A stretch of DNA of 64,000 nt, taken from NCBI GenBank assembly GCA_964016885.1, contig OZ024753.1, positions 26,350,001-26,414,000 of the forward strand, in the 5' to 3' direction. The notes beneath the pieces were generated by a model. The model was not told the DNA's origin. It was given only the letters and a program-made list of their open reading frames with translations, and ran no database searches. The DNA is from Eledone cirrhosa (taxonomy: Eukaryota). Shown piece after piece: positions 20,152-33,429 of the stretch (position 1 is the first letter of the stretch; each line of letters starts with the position of its first letter). Made by a program: the position numbers and the translations under genes.

Positions 20152-23100
20152 TTAGGGTTAGGGTAAGGGTTTGGTTTTGGGTTAGGGTTAGGGTTAGGGT
20201 TAGGGTTAGGGTTAGGTTTGGGGTTGGGGTTGGGGTTGGAGTTGGGGTTAGTGTTGCGGTTGGAGTAGGGGTTTATGTCTAAATTTGGGGTTGGGGTTTA
20301 AGTCTAAATCTAAGTTTAAGTTTGCGTCTAAGTCTAAGGGTTAGGGTTTAAGTCTAAGTCTGAGGCTTAGGGTTGGGGTTTAAGTCTAAGATTTGGGGTT
20401 GGGTTTTAAATTTAAGTCTAAGGCTAGGAGTTGGGGTTCAAATCTAAGTCTAACCTTTGGGGTTGGGGTTTAAGTCTAAGTCTAAAGCTTGAAGTTGGGG
20501 TTCAAGTCGAAGGCTTGGGGTTAGGGTTTAAGTGTAAGCTTTGGGTTGAGGTTTAAGTCTTCGCCTAAGGCTTGAGGTTGGGGTTTAAGTTTAAGTCTAA
20601 GTTTAAGTTTACGTCCAGGGGTTGGGGTTTAGTCTAAGTCTAAGGGTTGAGGTTTAAGTCTAAGGGTTGAGGTTTAAGTCTAAGTCTATGTCTAAGGCTG
20701 GGGGTTGGGGTTTAAGTCTAAGTCTAAGCCTTTGGGTTGGCGTTTATGTCTAAGTCTAAGGCTTGGGGATGGGGTTTAAGTCTAAGGATTGGGGTTCGGG
20801 TTTAAGTCTAAGTCTAAGGCTAGGAGTTGGGGTTCAAATCTAAGTCTAACCTTTGGGTTTCGGGTTTAAGTCTAAGTCTAAAGCTTGCAGTTGGCGTTCA
20901 TGTTTAAGTCTAAGGCTTGGGTTACGGTTTAAGTCTAAGGCTTGGTGTTGGCTTTAAGTCTAAGTCTAATGCTAGTGGTTGAGGTTTAAGTCTATGTCTA
21001 TGATTTGGGGTTGGGGTTTAAATCTATGTCTAAGGCTAGGGGTTGGGGTTTAAGTCTAAGTCTAAGGCTTGCGTTTGTGGTTTAAGTCTAAGTCTAAGGG
21101 TTGGTTTAGGATTTAAGTCTAAGGTTAGGGTTTAAGTTTAAGTCTCAGGATTGGGATTGAGGTTTAAATTCTAAGTCTAAGGCTTGTGGTTTAAGTCTAA
21201 TCTAAGGCTTGGGGTTAGGGTTTAAGTCTAAGTCTAAGGCTTGGGGTTGGGGTTTAAGTCTAAGGCTTGTGGTTTGGGTTTAAATCTAAAGCTTGGAGTT
21301 GGGGTTTACGTCTAAGTCTAAAGTTTGGGGTTGCGGTTTCAGTCTAAATCTAAGTTTAAGTTTAAGTCTATGTCTAAGGGTTTGGGTTTAAGTCTAAGTC
21401 TAAGTCTAAGGCTGTGGGTTGGGATTTAAGTCTAAGTCTAAGCCTTTGGGTTGGCGTTTATGTCTAAGTCTAAGGCTTGGGATGGGGTCTAAGGCTAGGA
21501 GTTGAGGTTCAAATCTAAGTCTAACCTTGCAGTTGGCGTTCAAGTCTAAGGCTTGGGATTTGGGTTTAATTCTAAGGCTTGGTGATGGGGTTTAAGTCTA
21601 AGGCTTGGGGTTCGTGTTTAAGTCTAAGTCTAAGGCTAAGGCTTAGGGTTGGGGTTTAAATCTATGTCTAAAGGTTGAGGTTGGAATTGAAGTCTAACGC
21701 TAAGGCTTGGTGTTGGGTTTAAGTCTACGGCTTGTCGTTATGGTTTAATTCTAAAGTTTGGAATTGGGGTTTATGTCTAAGTATAATGCTAGTGGGTGGG
21801 GTTTAAGTCTAAGATTAAGAATTGGGGTTGGGGTTTAAGTCTAAGTCTAAGGCTTGGGGTTCGGGTTTAAGTCTAAGTTTAAGGCTTGGGTTGTGGTTCA
21901 AGTCTAAGTCTAAGGCTTGTGGTTGGGGTTTAAGTCTAAGGCTTGGGGTGAGGGTTTAAGTTAAAGTCTCAGGATTGGGATTGGGGTTTAAATTCTAAGT
22001 CTAAGGTTTAAGTATAATCTAAGGCTTGGGGTTAGGTTTTAAGTCTAAGTCTAAGGCTTGGGGTTGGGGTTAAGTCTAAGGCTTGTGGTTTGGGTTTAAA
22101 TCTAAGGCTTGGAGTTGGGTTTTACGTCTAAGTCTAAAGTTTGGGGTTGGGGTTTAAGTCTAAATCTAAGTTTAAGATTATATCTAAGTCTCAGGGTTGG
22201 GGTTTAAGTCTAAGTCTAAGGCTAGGAGTTGGGGTTCAAATCTAAGTCTAACCTTGCAGTTGGCGTTCAAGTCTAAGGCTTGGGGTTTGGGTTTAAGTCT
22301 AAGGCTTGGTGTTGGCTTTAAGTCTAAGTCTAATGCTAGTGGTTGAGGTTTAAGTCTAAGTCTATGATTTGGGGTTGGGGTTTAAATCTATGTCTAAGGG
22401 TTGGTGTTGGGGTTTAAATCTAACTCTAAGATTTGGGGTTGGGGTTTAAGTCTAAGTCTAAGGCTTGTGGTTGAGGTTTAAGTCTAAGGCTTGGGGTTCG
22501 GGTTTAAATCTTAGTCTAACTCTTGTGGTTGGGGTTTAAGTCTAAGTCAAAGGCTTGGGTTTGTGGTTTAAGTCTAAGTCTAAGGGTGGTTTTAGGATTT
22601 AAGTCTAAGGCTTGGGGTTAGGGTTTAAGTTTAAGTAACAGGATTGGGATTGAGGTTTAAATTCTAGTCTAAGGCTTGTGGTTTAAGTCTAATCTAAGGC
22701 TTGGGGTTAGGGTTTAAGTCTAAGTCTAAGGCTTGGGGTTGGGATTTAAGTCTAAGTCTTGTGGTTTGGGTTTAAATCTAAGGCTTGGAGTTGGGGGTAC
22801 GTCTAAGTCTAACCTTTGTGGTTGGGGTTTAAGTCTAAGTCTAAGGGTTGGTTTAGGATTTAAGTCTAAGGCTTGGGGCTAGGGTTTAAGTTTAAGTCTC
22901 AGGATTGGGATTGAGGTTTAAATTCTAAGTCTAAGGCTTGTGGTTTAAGTCTAATCTTAGGCTTGGGGTTAGGGTTTAAGTCTAAGTCTAAGGCTTGGGG
23001 TTGGGGTTTAAATCTAAGGCTTGGAGTTGGGGGTACGTCTAAGTCTAACCTTTGGGGTTGGTGTTTGAGTCTAAGTCTAAATCTCTAAGGCTTGGGGTTG

Positions 23101-26100
23101 GGATTTAAGTTTTAGTCTAATGCTTGGGGTTAGGGTTTAAGTGTAAGCTTTGGGTTGGGGTTTAAGTCTACGCCTAAGGCTTGAGGTGGGATTTAAGTCT
23201 AAGTCTAAGTTTAAGTTTACGTCTAAGGCTAGCGGTTGGGGTTTAGTCTAAGTCTAAGTGTTGGGGTTTAAGTCTAAGTCTAAGGCTGGGGGTTGGGGTT
23301 TAAGTCTAAGTCTAAGCCTTTGGGTTGGCGTTTATGTCTACGTCTAAGGCTTGGTGATGGGGTTTAAGTCTAAGGCTTGGGGTTCGTGTTTAAGTCTAAG
23401 TCTAAGGCTAAGACTTAGGGTTGGGGTTTAAATCTATGTCTAAAGGTTTAGGTTGGGTTTAAGTCTAACTCTAAGGTTTGGTGTTGGGTTTAAGTCTACG
23501 GCTTGTGGTTATAGTTTAATTCTAAGGCTTGGAATTGGGGTTTATGTCTAAGGCTTGGAATTGGGGTTTATGTCTAGTGGATGGGGTTTAAGTCTAAGAC
23601 TAAGAATTGGGGTTGGGGTTTAAGTCTAAGTCTAAGGCTTGGGGTTAGGTTTTACGTCTAAGTCTAAAGTTTGGGGTTGGGGTTTAAGTCTAAATCTAAG
23701 TTTAAGATTATATCTAAGTTTAAGGGATGGGTTTTAAGTCAAAGTCTGAGGCTTGGGTTGGGGTTTAAGTCTAAGTCTAAGGCTAGGAGTTGGGGTTCAA
23801 ATCTAAGTCTAACCTTTGGGGTTGGGGTTTAAGTCTAAGTCTAAGTGTAAGGCTGGGGGTTGGGGTTTAAGTCTAAGTCTAAGCCTTTGGGTTGGCGTTT
23901 ATGTCTAAGTCTAGGGCTTTGGGTTACGGTTTAAGTCTAAGGCTTGGTGTTCGCTTTAAGTCTAAGTCTAATGCTAGTGGTTGAGGTTTAAGTCTAAGTT
24001 TAAGGCTTAGGTTTGGGGTTTAAATCTATGTCTAAGGGTTGGTGTTGGGGTTTAAATATAACTCTAAGATTTGGGGTTGGGGTTTAAGTCTAAGTCTAAG
24101 GCTTGTGGTTGGGGTTTAAATCTAAGGCTTGGTGTTCGGGTTTAAATCTAAGTCTAAGTCTTGTGGTTGGGGTTTAAGTCTAAGTCTAAGGCTTGGGTTT
24201 GTGGTTTAAGTCTAAGTCTAAGGGTTGGTTTAGGATTTAAGTCTAAGACTTGGGGTTAGATTTTAAGTTTAAGTCTCAGGACTGGGATTGAGGTTTAAAT
24301 TCTAAGTCTAAGGCTTGTGGTTTATGTCTAATCTAAGGCTTGCGGTTAGGGTTTAAGTCTAAGTCTAAGGCATGGGTCGGGGTTTAAGTCTAAGGCTTGT
24401 GGTTTGGGTTTAAATCTAAGGCTTGGAGTTGGGGTTTACGTCTAAGTCTAAAGTTTGCGGTTGGGGTTTAAGTCTAAGTCTAAAGCTTGAAGTTGGGGTT
24501 CAAGTCTAGGGCTTGGGGTTGGTGTTTAAATTTAAGTCTAAGGCTAAGAGTTGGGGTTCAAATCTAAGTCTAACCTTTGGGGTTGGGGTTTAAGTCTAAG
24601 TCTAAAGCTTGAAGTTGGGGTTCAAGTCTAAGGCTTGGGGTTAGGGTTTAAGTGTAAGCTTTGGGTTGGGCTTTAAGTTTACGCCTAAGGCTTGAGGTTG
24701 GGGTTTAAGTCTAAGTCTAAGTTTAAGTTTACGTCTAAGGCTAGGGGTTGGGGTTTAAGTCTAAGTCTAAGTCTAAGGCTGGAGGTTGGGGTTTAAGTCT
24801 AAGTCTAAGCCTTTGGGTTGGCATTTATGTCTAAGTCTAAGGCTTGGTGATGGGGTTTAAGTCTAAGGCTTGGGGTTCGTGTTTAAGTCTAAGTCTAACG
24901 CTAAGGCTTAGGGTTGGGGTTTAAATCTATGTCTAAATGTTGAGGTTGGGGTTTAAGTCCAACTCTAATGCTTGGTGTTGGGTTTAAATCTACGGCTTGT
25001 GGTTATGGTTTAATTCTAAAGCTCGGAATTGGGGTTTATGTCTAAGTCTAATGCTAGTGGGTGGGGTTTAACTCTAAGACTAAGAATTGGGGTTGGGTTT
25101 TAAGTCTAAATCCAAGGCTTGGGTTTCGGGTTTAAGTCTAAGTCTAAGGCTTGGGGTTGTGGTTTATATCTAAGTCTAAGATTTGTGGTTGTGGTTTAAG
25201 TCTAATGGCTTGGGGTTCGGGTTCAAATCTAAGTCTAAGTCTTGTGGTTGGGGTTTCAATCTAAGTCTGAGGCTTGGGTTTGTGGTTTAAGTCTGAGTCT
25301 AACGGTTGGTTTAGGATTTAAGTCTAAGGCTTGGGTTTAGGGTTTAAGTTAAAGTCTCAGGATTGGGATTGGGGTTTAAATTCTAAGTCTAAGGCTTGTG
25401 GTTTAAGTATAATCTAAGGCTTGGGGTTAGGGTTTAAGTCTAAGTCTAAGGGTTGGGGTTTAAGTCTAAGGCTTGTGGTTTGGGTTTAAATCTAAGGCTA
25501 GGAGTTGGGTTTTACGTCTATGTCTAAAGTTTGGGGTTGGGATTTAAGTATAAATCTAAGTTTAAGATTATATCTATGTCTAAGGGTTGGGGTTTAAGTC
25601 TAAGTCTGAGGTTTGGGGTTCGGGTTTAAGTGTAAGCTTTGGGTTGGGGTTTAAGTCTACGCCTAAGGCTTGAGGTTGGGGTTTAAGTCTAAGTCTAAGT
25701 TTAAGTTTACGTCTAAGTCTAAGGGTTGGGGTTTAAGTCTAAGTCTGAGGCTTGGGGTTGGGGTTTAAGTCAAAGTCTAAGGCTTGGGGTTAGGGTTTAA
25801 GTCTAATGCTTGGGGCTAGGGTTTAAGTCTAAGTAGAAGGCTTGAGGTTAGGGTTTAATTGTAAGCTTTGTGTTGGGGTTTAAGTCTACGCTTAAGGCTT
25901 GAGGTTGGGGTTTAAGTCTAAGTCTAAGTTTATGTTTACGTCTAAGGCTAGGGGTTGGGGTTTAGTGTAAGTCTAGGGTTGAAGTTTAAGTCTAAGTCTA
26001 AGTCTAAGGATGGGGGTTGGGGTTTAAGTCTAAGTCTAAGCCTTTGGGTTTGGTGTATATGTCTAAGTCTAAGGCTTGGGAATGGGGTTTAAGTCTAAGG

Positions 26101-29100
26101 CTTGGGGTTCGGGTTTAAGTCTAAGTCTAAGGCTTGGAGTTTGCGCTTAAGTCTAATCCTTAGGCTTGGTGTTGGTGTTTAAGTCAAGGTCTAAAGCTTG
26201 AGGTTTAAGTATAATCTAAGGTTTGGGGTTAGGGTTTAAGCCTAAGTCTAAGGCTTGGGGTTGGGGTTTAAGTCTAAGGCTTGTGGAGTTGGGTTTGACG
26301 TCTAAGTCTAAAGTTTGGGGTTTAAGTCTAAGTCTGATGCTTGGGGTTGGGGTTTAAGTCTAAGTCTAAGACATGGGGTTGGGGTTCAAGTCTAAGTCTA
26401 AGGCTTGGGGTTGGGGTTTAAGTCTAAGTCTAATTCTAATGGTTGGGGTTTAAGTCTAAGTCTAAGGCTTAATGTTGGGGTTTAAGTCTAAGTCTAAGGC
26501 TTTGGTTTAGGGTTAGTGTCTATGTCTAAGGCTTGAAGTTTGGGTTTAAGTCTAAGTCTAAGTCTTGGAGTTGGGGTTTAAATTTACGTCTAAGGCTAGG
26601 GGTTGGGGTGTAAGTCTAAGTCTAAGCTTGGGGTTGGGGTTTAAATCTAAGTCTAAGCCTTGTGGTTGGGGTTTAATTCTAAGTTTAAGTGTTGTGGTTA
26701 GGGTTTAAGTCTAAGGCCTGGAGTTTGGTTTTACGTCTAAGTCTAAGGCTTGGGGTTGGGGTTTAAGTTTAAGTCTAAAGCTTCCGTTTGGGGTTTAAGT
26801 CTAATTCTAAGGCTTTGGGTAGAGGGTTAAGTCTATGACTAAGGCTTGGGGTTGCGGTTTAAATCTAAGTCTTATGCTTGTGGTTGGGGTTCAAGTCTAA
26901 GTCTAACGCTTGCGCTTGGGCTTCAAGTCTAACTCTAAGGCTTGGGCTTGGGGTGTAAGTCTAAGACTAAGGCTTGTGGTTGGGGTTTAAATCTATGTCT
27001 GAGGCTTGGGGTTTAAGTCTAAGTCTAAAGCTTAATGTTGGGGATTAAGTTTAAGTCTAAAGCTTGGGTTCGGGTTTAAGTTTAATTCTAAGGCTTGGGG
27101 TTTAGGTTTAAGTCTAATTCTAAGGCCTGGGGTTGGTATTTAAATCTAAGTCTAAGGCTTGGGGTTGGTGTTTAAGTTTAAGTCTAAGGCTAGGAGTTGG
27201 TGTTTAAGTCAAAGTTTAAGGCTTGGGGCTGGGGTTTATGTCTAAGGCTTATGGTTATGGTTTAATTCTGAGGCTTGGAGTTGGGGTTTAAGTCTAAGTC
27301 TAATGCTAGTGGTTGGGGTTTAAGCCTAAGTCTAAGGCTTGAGGTTGGGTTTTAAATCTATATTTATGGCTTGGGGTTTAAATCTAAGTCTAAGGTTTAA
27401 GGTTGGGGATTAAGTCTACGTATAAGACTTGTGGTTGGGTTTTATGTCGAAGTCTAAACTTGGGGTTGGGGTTTAAGTCTATGTCTAAGACTTGGGATTG
27501 GGGTTTAAGTGTAAGTCTAAGGCTTGGTGTTGGGGTTTAAGTCCAAGTCTAAGGCTTTGGGTTGGGGTTTAAGTTTACGGGTTGGGCTAAGGCTTGGGGT
27601 TGGCTTTAGGTTGTAAGTCTAAAGCTTGTTATTAGGGTTTAATTCTAAGGCTTGGGGTTGTGGTTTAAGTCTATGTATAAGGCTTGGTGTTGGTGTTTAA
27701 ATCTAAGTCTAAGTCTTGGAGTTGGTATTTAAGTCTAAGTCTATGTTTTGGGGTTGGGGTCTAAGTCTTATGCTTGTGGTTGGGGTTCAAGTCTAAGTCT
27801 AACGCTTGTGCTTGGGCTTCAAGTCTAACTCTAAGGTTGGGCTTGGGGTTTAAGTCTAAGTCTAAGGCTTGTGGTTGGGGTTTAAATCTATGTCTAAGGC
27901 TTGGGGTTTAAGTCTACGTCTAAAGCTTAATGTTGGGGATTAAGTCTATGTCTAAGGCTTAAGGTTGGGGTTTATGTCTAAGTCTAAGACTTGGGGTAGG
28001 GTTTAAGTCTAAATCGAAAGCTTGGGGTTAGGGTGTAAGTGTAAGTCTAAGGCTTGGATTTGGGGTTTAAGTCTAAGTCTAAGGCTGGGGGTTGGAGTTT
28101 AAGTCTAAGTCTAAGCCTTTGGGTTGGCGTTTATGTCTACCTCTAAGGCTTGGGTTGGGGTTTAAGCCTAAATCTAAATCTTGGGGTTGGGCTTTAAGTT
28201 TAAGTCTAAGGCTAGGAGTTAGGGTTCAAGTTTAAGTCTAAGGCTTGGTGTTTGGGTTTAAGTCTAAGTCTTAGGCTTATAATTGGGGTTTAAGTCTAAG
28301 TCTACGACTTTGGGTTTGGGTTTAAGTCTAAGTCTAAGTTTAGGGGTTGGGGTTTAAGTTTACGTCTAAAGCTAGGGATTGTGGTTTAAATCTAAGCCTA
28401 AGCTTGTGTTTATGGTTCAATGCTAAGGCTTGTAGTTGGGGATTACGCCTAAGTCTAAAGCTTAGGGTTGGGGTTTAAGTCTAAATCTGTGGATTAAGGT
28501 TGGGGTTTAAATCTATGTCTATGTCTTGGGGTTTAAGTCTAAGTCTGAGGCTTAAGGTTTGGGTTTAAGTCTAAGTCTAAGGCTTGGTGTTGTGGTTTGG
28601 GGTACGGATTTAAGTCTAATTCTAAGGCTTGTGGTTGGGGTTTAAGTCTAAATCTAAGGCTTGGTGTTGGGGTGTATGTCTAAGTCTAAGGCTTGGATTT
28701 CGGGTTTAAGTCTAAGTCTAAGGCTTGGGGTTGGGGTTTAAGTCAAGGTCTAAGGCTTGGGTTTGGGGTTTAAGTCTAAGTCTAAGGCTTGGGTTTGGGG
28801 TTTAAGTCTAAGCCTAAGGCTTGGGCTTGGGGTTTAAGTCTAGGTCTAAGACTTGGGATTGGGGTTTAAGTGTAAGTCTAAGGCTTGGGTTGGGGTTTAA
28901 GTCTAAGTCTAAGGCTTTGGGTTGGGGTTTAAGTTTACGGGTTGGGCTAAGGCTTGGGGTTGGCTTTAAGTTGCAAGTCTAAAGCTTGTTATTAGGGTTT
29001 AATTCTAAGACTTGGGGTTGTGGTTTAAGTCTAGGTCTAAGGCTTGGGTTTGGGGTTTAAGTCTAAGTCTAAGGCTTGGGTTTGGGTTTTAAGTCTAAGC

Positions 29101-29218
29101 CTAAGGCTTGGGGTTGGGGTTTAAGTCTAAGTCTTGTGGTTGGGGTTTAAATCTAAGGGTTAGGATTTAAATCTAAGGATGAGTGTTGGGGTTTAAGGCT
29201 AAGTCTAATGCTTGTGGT
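20152..29218 (+). repeat. TTAGGG head plus 32-bp telomere-like satellite (array S2), copy 1, ending in X
   Basis: TTAGGG runs at 20152-20211, TTGGGG variants, then the same 32-bp consensus as S1. Confidence 0.95.
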
Positions 29219-30964
29219 AACATAGGTAACGTATGGGAGAGTGTCATTAACTATGTTAGGAGGGTACCGTTACCTATGTTGGGAGGGTGCCGGTACCTAT
29301 GTTGGGAGAGTGCCATTACCTATGTTGGGAGGGTACAGTTACATTCGTTGGTAGAGTGCCATTACCCATGTTAGAAGGGTGCCGTTACCAATGTTAGGAG
29401 GGTGCCGTTACCTATGACGGGAGAGTGCCGTTACCTATGTTGGGAGAGTGCGGTACCTATGTTAGGAGGGTGCCGTTACCTATGTTGGGAGAGTGCCAAT
29501 GTGGGGAGGTGCTGTTACCTATGTCAGGATGGAGCCATTACCTATGTTAGAAGGGTGCCGTTACCTATGTTTGGAGGGTGCCGTTACCTATGTTGCGAGG
29601 GTGGCGTTACCTATGTTGGGAGGTTACATTTACCTATGTTGGGAGGTTGCATTTACCTAAGTTGGGAGAATGCCATTACCTATGTTACGAGGGTCCCGTT
29701 ACCTATGTTAGGAGGGTGACATTACTTATGTTGGGAGGGTGCCGTTACCTATTTTGGAAGGGTGCTTTTACCTATGTTAGGAGGGTGCAATTACCTATGT
29801 TGGAAGGGTGCCGTTACCTATGTTAGGAGTGTGTCGTTACCTATGTTAGGAGAGTGCCGTTACCTATGTTGGGAGGGTTCCCTTACCTATGTTGGGAGAG
29901 TACCATTACCTATGTTGGGAGAGTACCATTACCTATGTTAGGAGGCTGTCGTTACCTGTTAGGAGTGTGCCATTACCTATGTTGGGAGGGTGCATTTACC
30001 TATGTTAGGAGGGTGCCATTACCAATGTTGGTAGGGTGCCGTTACTTATGTTGGGAGGGTGCCTCTAGATATGTTAGGAGGGTGCCGTTACCTATGTTAG
30101 GAGAGTGCCGTTACTATGTTGGGAGAGTGACATTACCTATGTTGGGAGGGTGCCATAACCTATTTTGGGAGGGTGCCGTTACCTGTTAGGAGGGTGCCAT
30201 TACCTATGTTAGGAGGGTACCGTACCTATGTTGGGAGAGTCCCGTTACCTATGTTAGGAGGGTGCCGTTGCCTATGTTGGGAGAGTGCCATTACCTATGT
30301 TGGGAGAGTGCCGTTACCTGTTGGGAGGGTGCCGTTACCTATGGTAGGAGGGTATCGTTACCTATGTTAGGAGAGTGTTGATACCTATGTTGGGAGGGTG
30401 CCGTTATCTATGTTGGGAGATTGACGTTACGTATGTTGGGAGGGTGCCGCTACATATGTTAGGAGAAAGCCGTTATCAATGTCGGGAGAGTGCCATTACC
30501 TATGTTGGGAGGGTGCTTTTACCTATGTTAGGAAGGTGCCGTTACCTGTTGGGAGGGTGCCGTTACCTATGGTAGGAGGGTATCGTTACCTAGGTTTGGA
30601 GGGTGCCGCTACATATGTTAGGAGGGTGCCGTTCCCCATGTTGGGAGGGTGCCGTTACCTATGTTGGGAGGGTGCCATTACCTATGTTGGGAGAGTTCCA
30701 TTGCCTATGTTAGGAGGGTGCCGTTACCTATGTTGGGAGAGTGCCGTTACCTATCTTAGGAGGGTGCCATTACCTATGTTGGAAGGCTGCCATTACCTGT
30801 TGGGAGTGTGCCATTACCTATGTTGGGAGGGTGCAGTTACCTATGTTGGGAGGGTGCCTCTGCATATGTTAGGAGGGTGGGGTTACCTATGTTGGGAGAG
30901 TGTCGTTACCAATGTTGGGAGAGTGCCATTACCTATGAAAGTTGGGAGAGTGCCATTACCTATG
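29219..30964 (+). repeat. 23-bp minisatellite B, copy 2
   Basis: Duplicate of 3894-5639 at +25325. Confidence 0.95.
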
Positions 30965-33429
30965 AAAGCATTAATTTTTTTTTAAATGAAAGCATTTACG
31001 TTTTTTTTAAATTTTGAAAATCAGAAAAACGTAAAAAGATTAATGCAGAAGTATATATTTCGAAAAACCTAAAAAAAATCAATTTTAGAAATTGATTATA
31101 TAAGGTTTTCGGAAAAAAATTAATATGCGTTTTACAAATTGATCTTTTAGGTTTTTTCACAAATTGATCCTTTTACATTTTTGAAAATTTGTGAAAGCAT
31201 ATCGATTCTTTTTCAAAAAACCTAAAAAAAAAATCAATTTTTGAAATCAGATATAAATAATCTAAAAGTATTAAAAAATTGGTTTTCGAAAAAAAATTAA
31301 TATGCGTATTTAAAATTGCGTTTTTCAACGCTGATTTTTTTAGGTTTTTCGAAAAATTTGAAACCAGAAAGTAAATATTTCGAAAACGTTAATTCAAATT
31401 TCGAAAATCAGAAAAACCTAAAAAGATTAATGCACAAGTGTATATTTCTAAAATACTGTATACTTGTAAAAAAAATCAATTTTCGAAATCGGTTATATAA
31501 GGTTTTCGAAATTGATTATATAAGGTTTTCGAAAAATAATTAATATGCGTTTTTCAAATTGCGTTTTTCAAAACTGCTGATTTTTTTAGGTTTTTCGAAA
31601 AATTTGAAACCAAAAAGTAAATATTTCGAAAACGTTAATTTAAATTTCGAAAATCAGAAAAACCTAAAAAGATTAATACAGAAGTATATATTTCGAAAAA
31701 CCTAAAAAAAATCAAATTTTCGAAATTGATTATATAAGGTATTCGGAAAAAAATTAATATGCGTATTTCAAATTGCATTTTTCGAAACTTCTGACTTTTT
31801 TAGGTTTTTCTAAAAGAATTTAATCTCAAAAATTTGAAACCAGAAAGTAAATATTTCGATTTTTTTAAATTTCGAAAATCAGAAAAACGTAAAAAGATTA
31901 ATGCAGAAATATTCGAAATATTTCTAAAAACCTAAAGAAATCAAATTTCGAAAAAAAATTATGCGTTTTTCTAATTGATTTTCTAGGACTTTTCACAAAT
32001 TGATATTTTTGCATGTTTTGAAATAGTGTATAAAAAATCAATTTGTGAAAGCATATCAATTCTTTTTCAAAAAACCTAAAAAAATCAATTTTTGAAATCA
32101 GATATAAGTATTTCTAAAAGTATAAAAAAATTGATTATATTAGAATTTCGAAAAAAAATTAATATGCGTTTTTCAAGTTGCCTTTTTCGAAACCTGATTT
32201 TTTTTGGTTTTTTCAAAAAGAATCTAATCTGCAAAATTTGGAACCAGAAAGTAAATATCTCGAAATCATTAATTTTTTATGTTTTTTTTAAATTTCGAAA
32301 ATCAGAAAAACTTAAAAAAATTGATACAGAAGTATATATTTCGAAAAACCTAAAGTAATCAATTTTCAAATCGATTTTTTTTACATTTTTTGAAATACTG
32401 TGTAAAAAATCAATTTGTGATAGCATATCAATTCTTTTTCAAAAAACCTAAAAAAATCAATTTTTGAAATCAGATATAAATATTTCTAAAAGTATAAAAA
32501 AATTGATTATATTCGAAGAAGAGTTGAATATGCGTTTTTCAAATTGCGTTTGATACAGATTAATTAGTATTTTCGGAAAATAATCATTTTGTGTTCAAAA
32601 ATTGATTTTTTTTACGTCTAATTTCACTGACAGTGAATGCGTTCACAAATCGATTTTTTGTATTTTACAAATTATTTACTTCTCATAAATTGATCTTTTT
32701 ACACCTTATCTCGAAAAATGTAAAATTGTGACTTTTGTAAATATGTAAGGAATATCAATCTGTGAACACATAATTTTTGAAATGAGAAGTAAATATTTTG
32801 TAAAATATAAAAAATCAATTTCTGAACGCATTCATTTTCAAAAACACCATTCATTTTCAAAAACAACAGTGTGTTCAAAAATTGATTTTTTTTACATTTA
32901 AATGTAAAAAAATCAATTTTTTAACACAAAATGATTATTTTTCGACCTGTTGTAAAAAAACGTAAAAAAATTAATGCTTTCACAAATCTTTCGAAATATT
33001 TACTTTCTGATTTCAAATTTTGCAGATTAAATTTTTTACGTTTTTCCGAAAAAGAATCAATATGCGTATTGTTCACAGTTTGATATTTTAATATCAATCT
33101 GCCTTTCGAAATATTTACTTCTGCTTTTACAGACGTGTTTTTGAAAATAAATGCCTTTATACATTGATTTTTTGTAATTTTGTATATTTCAAAAATTGCA
33201 TTTTTCAAAATATTAACTTCTGATTTCGAAAATTGATTTTTTTTAGAGTTTTCGAAAAAGAATGAATATAAGTTCATAGTCGAAATAATCTGCATTAATG
33301 TTTTTACGTTTTGCGTAAGACTGTTTTTTTTGCATATTTCGAAATACTTTTAATATCTTTGTTTTTCCAATCAATCTGCGTTTACAGATTGAATTTTTTG
33401 GCATTTTTCAAGTTGTAAGTATGTTTTGT
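30965..33429. repeat. AT-rich satellite A including the fold-back, copy 2
   Basis: Duplicate of 5640-8104. Confidence 0.9.

Larger units (their letters stand above)
3523..28847. repeat. 25,325-bp segmental tandem duplication, copy 1
   Basis: Landmarks and the ORF track recur at +25325 (3858->29183, 13792->39117) and at +25319 after a one-hexamer deletion (18937->44256). Confidence 0.97.
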
